In this document: positions 12,601-26,704 of the stretch, piece after piece
How the letters are laid out: the number at the start of each line of letters is the position of its first letter
How positions within the stretch are numbered: the first letter of the stretch is position 1
DNA from: Zootoca vivipara
Lineage: Eukaryota
Assembly: GCF_963506605.1 (NCBI RefSeq)
Contig: NC_083292.1
Span: 15,190,001 to 15,254,000 of the forward strand
Reading direction: 5' to 3'
DNA length: 64,000 bases
Notes under the pieces: generated by a model
What the model was told of the DNA's origin: nothing
Databases searched by the model: none
What the model saw: only the letters and a program-made list of their open reading frames with translations
Program-made: the position numbers and the translations under genes

Positions 12601-15600
12601 CTGCTGCTGTCCTCGCAAGGATGTGACAGAGGCCATGTTGCACCCTATGACCTCCTTCTGAGTGGTTGTCTTAGGCAGGGAAGCTTGAATTTTAAGAGGC
12701 ACAGACCTCCTTCACCTGTCAGAAGAGATCTGCTGCTGCCTCCCTTCAGGGCCACTGTCGTAATGCCGCCTTCCTTCATTATACAGTCTCCTACTATTAA
12801 TACCAAATTTATATCATTGCAGTTGTGCATTCACCCATGTTCTCCTCTCCTGCAAGTCCCTCACTCCACAATCCTATTCTTTTCCCCAAATTCCCTCCTC
12901 CACAAGCACATACCAGTTTGAGATGTATATTGATGCAACTGTAAAACTAGGCTGCAGCTGCTGCTCAGGAAAATAAAGTATAAACTGAAAACATGCAATG
13001 ATTAGCCAGTGAACCATAAAAAGAGGTCAGTTGGGTCTCTCCACTCTATGGCATTGGTGGGTAACCTTACCTGTGACCCTCCATAAGTTTTTTTGTATTT
13101 GTAAAAATAAATTTATATACTACCGTTCATCAAAAGATCTCAGGGTGGTTCACAGATTGTTGGACTCCAATTAATTTCAGGCCACAGCCGACATGGCCCC
13201 CATGTTTGGGATGATGCAAGTTTAATATCTGCAAGATCATCTGGAGGGCTACAGGTTAGCCAGCCCTGCTGAATGCCAACTAACACCAAAGAGTTTTTTT
13301 AGAGTGTTCAAACCAAGAGATGTTTTAACTGTTGATGAACAGCATTGTCTTGACTATTACCCGTTCAAGCTGATTTATTATTATTATTGCGTTTTATTTA
13401 GTTGCTTTGGTTATTTTCAAATTTCTATGCTGCTAGCCACTTAAGAGTTCCCTAGGGGAAACGAAGTCATATAGAAATGTTCTAAATAAAGGACAAAACA
13501 CAGATGAGTATAAACAGTCTCCTTTCTCTCTGTCCTGCAAGATAGTTCTAGCATAACTGCCTCTTTAAGGCGTCTTTCTTATCATTTCAGACAGGAAGAA
13601 GGACCTCAGTAAGATGAAAAGCCTGCTGGATATTCTGACTGATCCTTCCAAACGGTAAACTTGTGTGCTCATTTTCGACCCATCATCTCTTCCTGCTCTC
13701 CTTCCTTTGAACAGCTAGAGGAGTTGTCTTTGTAAGCGGCAGGAGATAATAAGAGCTAGTTGTGTTCACAGGCAAAATTCTGCTTTGTCTTAGTTGAGGA
13801 AAAAGCAGCTCAATGCTCTAGCCTGCCTTGTTCTTGGTTTGTGCTTGCCAAGTGTAGCAGGCAGGAAATGTCTTCTCTGTAGGAAGAGAGGCACAAGAAG
13901 CATACCCCCCCCAGCAGCAGGGCCAGGTTCCAGTAGGTGGCTTCATTCTTCCTAACCATTGTGTGTAGCAGCAGTAGTGGGGTGGGAGAGTGCTGTTTGT
14001 TGGTGGCTTGCCATGTCCATCTGGGGAACGAGGAGGCGATTCTACTTTCTCTGAAGCAGAAAAGTGCCTGTTCTGAGACTGACTTTCTTCATTCCTAGCT
14101 GTCCTCTGAAGACACTGCAGAAATGTGAAATAGCTCTGGAGAAGCTCAAGAATGACATGGCTGTGGTAAGTTCCCTCTGTGTGTATCTCTGTTCCCCTAG
14201 TCCACAATAGCAGGGGGCTTTCTCTTCTCAATGATTCTGCACGTCAGGAACAAAAGAAGGAAAATCTAGGCAAAGAAGTTGGACACGGTACAGCATAAAG
14301 GTCTGGTCACCACACCTCAAAAAGGATATTGTAGATTTAAAAAGGGATAACCAAAAGGGGCCAGATCGAATTCCCTATGTGAAAAGGTTACAATATTTGG
14401 GACTTTTTAAGTTTTGAGAAAAGGCAATTAAGAGGAGACATAGAGTATAAGATTATGCATGGTTTTAAGAGGATTAGACAAATGCATGGAGGATGAAGCT
14501 ATCAACAGCTATTAGCCATGGCATGCCATGCCATTGAATAGCAGTTGCAAGGAATTACCGGTACAGATAGGGAGAGTGCAACTGTTGCACTCTGCTTCTG
14601 GGCTTCTTCCCAGAGACATCTGATAGCCACTATGAGAACAGGACTAGATGGGCCTTGGCGCTGACAGAGCTACAGTGCTATTCTGCTTTTACAAGAACAA
14701 ACGACTCGCAACTTACACAAGTTAAGTTCCAGAGGTAGCACGTAAAGCCAAAATCACATAGTCAATCCTTTAAATACTGGAAAATGTCCTGTAGAAACCA
14801 CTGAAGACTTCCATGCACCTCTGAATGCTCCCAAGGCCGCTTTCACTCTCTTAACTGCTCACCCAAGGTGAGTGCGTTGGTGGGCGCAATTGCCAATGTC
14901 CCTGTCTTCTTCCAATTCCTGCCCCCCTTGATGACTGCCTCTTTTTTATAAAAAAAAAATCAGCCAGGCCCATAAAGCTGAGCTCACGCAAGTTACAGGC
15001 ACGTTAAGTTGCAAGTCAACCATACAAGCAAACTTCAGTGTGTCCAAAGCTGAGTAAGGAGCAATTGCTTGATGGGATCTGAGAACCCCCAGTAGATGGT
15101 GGGTAAGGAAAGAAAGACAGGCATCTTGACAGTTGGCTAGCCCCAAGGCCAAGCAGAGTGGGTGAGTTGGAGCTGCTCATGGGAGGTGAACCTGGTAGGA
15201 TGAGGGTGGGTGCCTTATGAAGTCCTTTGTCTCTACATGGAGCTGTCTGAGATTCAGTGGACAGATCTGTAAGCTGGCATCTGAGCAGAGGGCCTGAAAT
15301 CTCAAGTTATTCTTAAAACTGTTGTTTCCTGAGAGTACAGCAACACCTACTGGCTTGGACAGAACTACACCTTCCCTAAATCCTTGTGTGTCTCTTGTAT
15401 GTCAGCCCACCCCCCCACCCCCTACAGTGCCTCCCACAAAGCAGCAGTACTTGTGCCAACCCTTGTTGGATGCTGTCTTGGCCAATATCCGCTCACCAGT
15501 CTTCAATCATTCCCTCTACCGAACCTTTATGCCAGCAATGACTGCCATCCATGGTCCACCCATCACGTATGTATATTCCTTGTTCCAGTATCTGCTGAAA

Positions 15601-17551
15601 GATGGCTAAGGAATTGTGAGATATGTTTAGCCTGGAGAAGAGAAGGTTAAGGGGTGATATGATAGCCATGTTCAAATATATAAAAGGATGTCATATAGAG
15701 GAGGGAGAAAGGTTGTTTTCTGCTGCTCCAGAGAAGCGGACACGGAGCAATGGATTCAAGCTACAAGACAGAAGATTCCACCTAAACATTAGGAAGAACT
15801 TCCTGACAGTAAGAGCTGTTCGGCAGTGGAATTTGCTGCCAAGGAGTGTAGTGGAGTCTCCTTCTTTGGAGGTCTTTAAGCAGAGGCTTGACAGGCATAT
15901 GTCAAGAATGCTTTAATGGTGTTTCCTGCTTGGCAGGGGGTTGGACTAGATGGCCCTTGTGGTCTCTTCCAACTCTATGATTCTATGAGAGCTAGGAAAG
16001 CTTAGAGCCCAGGCATGGAAGGAATAAGATGCCCAAAGACTACTTGTGTGTGCTGCAAGAGATTTAGCACAGCTACCCTTCTGGAATTTGTCAGATATTT
16101 GTGCATATATATTGTTCCGGCTATTTCTAAAGTTATTTTATCTTGCTTTGATATTTTAATTAGACCAGTTGTTGTTGGTGGCTGCCTTATCTTTTTGTAT
16201 GCAAAATTAATTAGAAATGAGAATTGAATCTGAAATTGGCTGTCCCATCATAGGACCCCTGTGACTTCCCCTCGGAAGCGGAAGTATGAAGAGGACGAAA
16301 GGCAGACTATACCAAATGTATTACAAGGGGAGGTTGCAAGATTAAACCCAAAGTTCTTGGTGAATCTGGATCCTTCCCATTGCAGCAACAATGGCACCGT
16401 CCACCTCATATGCAAGCTAGGTGAGTGGCAAGAAAAGGCAGCTCTGTCTTCAAATATCCTCTTGATATTTGCAGGCTAAAAGCCTGCAGTGGTGGTGGTG
16501 GCAGCAGTAGAGGTTGACTGGGCCTGGTTAAGGTCCAAAACTTGCCCAAGAGACAAAAGGGTAACAGAGGATCCTAACCAGACCTTGATGGGTCAGGTCC
16601 TTGTTGCCTGGGAAAGAGAGGTTGTTTCTGAGTTCCTACTTAATAAAGAGGCTGCCTGATAAGTGAGTTTAGGTGTCTCTTAGAGAATGTTGAGAAAATA
16701 ATGCAAAATGTGTCTGATTCCAGATGACAAGAACCTTCCAAATGTCCCACCATTGCAACTGAGCGTCCCAGCTGATTATCCACATCAGAGCCCCCTATGG
16801 ATTGATAACCCTCAGCAGTACGGTATGAAAGAACAAGGCAGGCAGAAAATGACATTTGGGTGGGTGATGGGGTATAGGGTCTACATTAAGCCTTGGAACT
16901 GGTGAGTTTAGCGTTTGTGATCCATTTGACCACTTCATATTAAGACTCCCATCCTGTCTTTTGAGTGTGGATTTATTTGTGCTGCAGAAAGAGATGTGGT
17001 AAAGTTTGATCTGTGATTTCAGAATACTGGGTTTTTTTGAGGGACACTGCTAGAGGCCAAGTGGGAAGAAGAGAACCAACATTTTTTTACTTATAAACAC
17101 ACACACACAACGTTTTTACAGGAAAACTGCCCTCACACTTTTAAGCTTTGGAAGCTCAGAATTCACGTATCCTAAGGAAATCCCTTGATTGAATTTTGGA
17201 AGCTTTGGATATGTAACAAGACACTGCTACTGCTTCCAGTGGTGAGGTGAAGGAAAGAAAAGCCAATGACTCATTTTTCTCAGTTCTGCAGCTCCAAATC
17301 CCCAGCTTTGATAACCCATCAGTATGAGTCACAAAACCGCCCACACACGAGCTGCCATCTGTATGGTGTCCTTTATTTTTTTAAATAACACTCTTTCTGC
17401 TTTTTTCTTTCCAGAAGCAAACCCTTTCTTGCAGTCAGTGTATCGCTACATGATGTCAAAATTGCTGCAGCTTCCTGACAAGCACTCTGTCACAGCACTC
17501 CTTAACACCTGGGCGCAGAGCATCCGCCAGGCCTGCTTGTCTGCTGCTTAA
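357..17551 (+). CDS. MED15: Mediator complex subunit 15, 5'-partial (KIX-domain exons are upstream of the window); 13 coding exons
   Basis: Exons with AG/GT boundaries and consistent phases: 357-634, 1476-1805, 2588-2758 (mostly N), 7139-7258, 11286-11422, 11539-11666, 12100-12234, 13591-13654, 14099-14165, 15406-15566, 16254-16420, 16724-16822, 17415-17551 (TAA). The translation matches recalled vertebrate MED15: polyQ, RFPPTTAVSA, SGPAPSPSSFLPSPSPQPSQSP, EEQQYLEKLKQLSKYIEPLRRMINKIDKNE, CPLKTLQKCEIALEKLKNDMAV, LCQPLLDAVLANIRSPVFNHSLYRTF, TWAQSIRQACLSAA*. Confidence 0.97.
1545..1640 (+). repeat. Uninterrupted polyQ tract, 32 Gln codons
   Basis: CAG CAA CAG CAA (CAG)6 (CAA)4 (CAG)3 (CAA)4 (CAG)6 (CAA)4 CAG. 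Confidence 0.97.
2588..2724. other. Assembly gap (137 N) covering most of a MED15 coding exon
   Basis: The N run starts directly after a polypyrimidine tract and AG (2586-2587). The exon resumes as AQAAQMGASGP and ends at donor GTAAGC (2759). Confidence 0.95.
4373..4478. mobile_element. Degraded hAT-type palindromic MITE
   Basis: Termini CAGGTGTGGGGA...ACCCCACACCTG; internal GGGATTATGGGAATTGGAGTTCAGCAACATC resembles the 136-bp family. Confidence 0.6.
6702..6837. mobile_element. 136-bp palindromic hAT MITE
   Basis: TIRs CAGGTATGT/ACATGCCTG, long inverted arms, perfect 8-bp TSD CATTAGAG (6694-6701 and 6838-6845). Confidence 0.9.
7507..7756 (+). mobile_element. 250-bp non-autonomous hAT (Charlie-like) element
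   Basis: TIRs CAGGGGTCAGCAAACT/AGTTTGGGGACCCCTG; perfect 8-bp TSD GCATAGTT (7499-7506 and 7757-7764); a second copy lies inverted at ~60665-60915. Confidence 0.9.
14280..14660 (+). mobile_element. Old CR1 LINE 3' fragment
   Basis: Degenerate CR1 ORF2 end and 3' UTR (TGGTCACCACACCTCAAAAAGGATATT; GAGGATTAGACAAATGCATGGAGGA). Confidence 0.6.
15622..15988 (+). mobile_element. Young CR1 LINE 3' end in a MED15 intron
   Basis: [25 protein letters not shown]...RNFLTVRAVRQWNLLPRSVVESPSLEVFKQRLD-like (CR1 ORF2 C-terminus) plus TTCCAACTCTATGATTCTATGA tail; nearly identical to 57685-58050. Confidence 0.93.
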
Positions 17552-18422
17552 TGTCTCGTCATCTCCTCTTGCTGGGCCTGAGCTGGAAAAAATCACAGCC
17601 AAGCAGGGCAGGAACGTGTGAAGCAGAAGCCTTAAATTGTTTTTGTTTACTAGGAGCCTGGCTTTGTAAAGGGCCTGGCGTTAGGTTTAGTGCTTGTGCT
17701 TCTTCTGCCTTTGTAGACCTGCCCATAACTTGATGCAGGGGGTGGATTTTCACGGTTCTTACGGCAGACGTGTTAATGACTTTTTTTAATGTCTTCTTAG
17801 AGAAGAGTGTGTGTAGACTTCTGTCACGGAGTCTCTCTACTATAAGAAAAGGGACAGCGTCCTCCAGACCTCGTCCAGTGCCAGTATGTATGTATATATG
17901 TATGCTTGGTTGGATACCAGCCCAAGAAGAGGCTGCCTGCACACCCACCACACAAGCTGTTCTTTGATAGCTGTGTGCAGAGTGAGTGACTGACTGAAGC
18001 AGGCGAGCGGTTTGTGTCTTCCCAACTATGAGGCAGCCAGCTATTAGACTGATGTGGCTCTGGCAAGCCATGGGTCAAGTGTCATTCATCAACTTGTGCC
18101 TCACAGAAGGAGCCTCCTTGGGCATAGGGTGAGACTGAGGCTGCTTCACTCAGCCCTGGCTTTGCTTTCTCCTACCTCCCATGCACAACTCTCTTGATCT
18201 TTGTGGAAGTATTGCTGTTTTTACATACTTCTGCTATCACCTTTGCAGCAGAGTCGCTGAATACTGGCTTGCACTCTTCAACACGGCATCCAATTGCTGT
18301 GCTATCTGTAAATGTGTGATTGCTGTGTCAATTTGAGGACATTTTTTAAAATGTACTTAAGAAGTTCTGATTGATTGCAGTACAAAGTATCAATTATTTC
18401 ATACATGAACTAAGGCATTTGT

Positions 18423-18436
18423 TTTATTGTAATAAA
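18423..18436. terminator. Back-to-back poly(A) signals: AATAAA on + (18431-18436, MED15) and on - (18423-18428, CCDC74)
   Basis: Sequence TTTATT-GT-AATAAA. Each hexamer is the first canonical AATAAA I could find downstream of the corresponding stop codon; a GU/U-rich tract follows on +. Confidence 0.7.
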
Positions 18437-18875
18437 TGTATTGTTCCAGTGTTTAACACTCACTTATTTTCTCTTGCAACCCCCCAAACTCCTTTGGCTC
18501 CACCGCAGCCTGAGCACAAGGGCACAGAATCTTGTTTGCTAAAAGGCAAAGTCACTTTGATACCCCCTTGACCTGGGGTTGTCTAAGGAGGCTTTGTGTA
18601 TTTGGCATCTAAAAGCCCCCAATTCTGTAGTTAAAAAAGTAAACTTAATTACTACTGAAGGTAGAACAGTTTCTAGGGAGAAGTAAGGTCACTGTGATCT
18701 TCTGTAGCTAGGTGGACAAAAAAGGATGATTATGAAGTTTTAAAAAATTAAGTGGTGAACACCAGAAACAATTTGTTGAAAGTACAGCACACACTCGGAA
18801 ATGGTTTAGCTGGCTTTCAAACCACTTTAGGGCAAGGAGACACATTACAAAAAGAGGCCAATTGAACCATACTTG

Positions 18876-23818
<4,943 letters not shown>

Positions 23819-24085
23819 GGCTGAGGCCGGGAAGGAAAGCGACGGAAGAGCCGGACGCGCAGAGGCCTCAGACTCAACCAGCTCGGGTGCGAGGAGAAGC
23901 AGCCGGGACGGGCCTAAGGCGCATTTCTGCCGCCGCCAGCGCCGCCTCCTCTTCAGAAGAGCTTTCCCTGTGAGGCGGAGGCGATGCCCATTCCGCCTCA
24001 GGAGCGGGAGGTCCTTGGCCCTTTCGCTTCTCCTCCTACCTGGGCGGGAAACCTGAAGGACCGAAGCGCCGCCGCCTGAGGAGAA

Positions 24086-24181
24086 TTAGGCGGCGGCTCT
24101 GGGTCCCTTCCCGCCGCCTCCGCCTCCTCCTCCTCCGAGCCTCGCGCCGCTCCCCGCCCCCGCAGCCGCCTCTGTCGCCAT
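24086..24181 (-). other. Putative 31-codon upstream ORF in the CCDC74 5' leader (MATEAAAGAGSGARLGGGGGGGGGKGPRAAA*)
   Basis: ATG in strong Kozak context GTCGCCATGG; requires a TSS above 24181. Confidence 0.45.
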
Positions 24182-25556
24182 GGCGACGGGCGCTCGCTCG
24201 CTCGCAGCACAGGAGGAGGACAGCCCCGCCCATCGAGCGCGGTGAGGGGCGGGTGTTAGTCTCGACTCGTCATAAGGGAAAAGGCTCCGTGAGGGGAATC
24301 GCGGGGAGTGGGAGCCATGAAGGGGGGCAATAACTAAAAAGAGGCCTCTCACCCTCAAAGATGATAAAGGGTCAGGGGGCGCCCCTCTCGCTAGCTCCCC
24401 ACCAGGAATTAAAAAAAATATTGGGGGCAGGGGCAGGGAAACCCCGCCCCCACATGATCGATCGCATGTTACGGCGCGCGCGCGCACTACAGTTTTGAAT
24501 GGCGATGTCCATCAAGCGCTTTAAATATTTTATTGGGCGGCGGGGCAAAGGTTCTGTGCTGATTGGTTCCTATGCTCTCCAACCCACCCACTCACCTGCA
24601 CTGCAGTCTCCAAACGGCCCAGAGCACTGAGAGCTTGGGGCTGGATTGAAAACCATCCTACAGGACCCAAGTCACCCCAAAGTTGGCCCAGCAACTTGGA
24701 ATGATACCTGGGTGCCTCGATTTGGGACCTCGCTGGATGACACGGCCCAGGGAGGGTGTTAAGAACCCACAGGGGAAACACAGCACAGCACACAAATAGG
24801 CTCACACACCCTCTTGTGATCTGCTTATGCAGTACGTATTTAGGATACCCAAGTGCTATAAATTGGGAGCCATAACTCCTGAGGTGCGATAATGTCAGAC
24901 TTCCGCTTGCTGGGCTGCAACTGCAAGACCAGTTACACCGGGCCTGAGACAAGGGTCAAGTAGTAACTGCTCTGTGGCCAAGTAGAATGCCTGACTCTGG
25001 GACAAAACTAGGCTTTATTTCACCTGGGTCAGACCCAGTTTGGCACACACCCACCCTTGCACATTTGCATACACACACACAGGCCTGGAGCCTCAATGGT
25101 GCCTCTCTGGAGGCTTCACCCGAAGCAAAAAAATCTGGCTAACTATGGCTCTGCATGACTTAAGCATGTTTTGTCCATGCACGTCCCTAGCCAATGGTGA
25201 CACAAGAGATCATGTGTGTGTGTTTGCAACAGTTGTATAAATGCTTTGTGCATCCTTTGTTCCACACTTGCTCCTTTCTGGAATTATCCTGCCGGTGCCT
25301 CTAATGCTGTGGCTTAGAATAAACTTTTTACCTTTCAACCCATTGACTCTCCATAGGCTGGGGGAGGGACAGTTTTCGGACTTGGCTCTGGAAGCAGGGT
25401 CATCTAATGATACTGAATGATACTAAATGGCACCAATACATTCAAAACAGTGCACAGAAATGATGGGACACTCACAAGATGTAGCACTGGCAGCACATTG
25501 CAACAACTTTAAAAAGAGATTACACAAATTCAGGAAGGATAACAGCTCCTAGGGAT

Positions 25557-25644
25557 CTGAAGAAGTGTGCATGCACACGAAAGCTCATACCAGTGACAAA
25601 CTTAGTTGGTCTCTAAGGTGCTACTGGAAGGAATTTTTTTATGT
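25557..25644 (+). mobile_element. 88-bp Penelope-like element fragment carrying a minimal hammerhead-ribozyme motif, inserted in a CR1 relic
   Basis: 13-bp TSD AGCTCCTAGGGAT (25544-25556 and 25645-25657); CTGAAGA-A-GTGTGCATGCACAC-GAAA-GCTC-ATAC; shares most of its sequence with 34026-34155. Confidence 0.75.
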
Positions 25645-26704
25645 AGCTCCTAGGGATGGTGGCTATGTACTGCTTCCAGTTTGGCACAGAGTCTCTCCAT
25701 TTGGTCTGAGGTAGGCTACCACTCTGCAGACCAGCTGGTGAGGATTACAAGGCTGTTATGTTCAGAGGCTTCCGGTTGGTCACCTGGAACACAATGCTGG
25801 ACTAAATGCCTTGGTCGGATCTAGCTGACAGGCTGCTCTTACATTCAGATCACTCACCAGTTCCTCTGCTTGCATAGATTCTCTCCAAGCCCTCAGCTTC
25901 TTAGGAAATCTAAATACCAGCACCTTAAATTTTACATGGCGCGAGTTCGAGAAATCCTCCTGCTTTCCATGACTTGTTGCTACTTCACCACCTTGCAGCA
26001 GAATTGTTGATTGTAAAGTTTGGGTTGAACTGGAACCAGATGTTTGGCAAAGCATTCGCATCACTTCAGAGATCCACTTTCAAGGCACAAGATCTCTGTA
26101 ATAGTATTTGGACTTGTGAATAGACCCCAAAGCTGCAGGAAGATTGTTCTTAGATAACTTATGAAAATCCAAGCAATAGGTACACACATGGTTATCTACC
26201 TCACTGAGCAGACACATGCTTTCAAGTGAAAGGGCACAGTGCCATTGTGTACATGCTCTGCCTAAGCCCCATTACAATGATGGGGAGTAAAAAAAAGTGT
26301 GCCAGCATGTTTGTGTGAGATGCTCAAAAGCTGCCATTCACTTGACTTTTTTTCTGCTAAGCCAAGCTGCTTGTTTCAGATTCATTCTCACAAATCCCAC
26401 TGCTGTACCATTCCCCCACCCCCACCCCCCGCCAAAACCTTCACTACAGAGCCTGTGGCTTGTTTGTTTTTTTAAAAGTTTATCAAAACAAAATTTACAG
26501 ACTGACATAGCTTTTAGAAAAGTAGAGCTTTCTGTTCACAAATCTGTTCCACTTCATTAAAAAATATTTAAAGTTTTCAAACCCAAGAAAAGATGCTCAA
26601 ATCAAAGTCCTGTTGCTTAATTAGCCAAAACCTACTTTCTGAGCCCCTAACCTTAGGAGAGGGAATTTCTATAGCAATCTGAATAAATGAATGAAAGTAA
26701 AATG

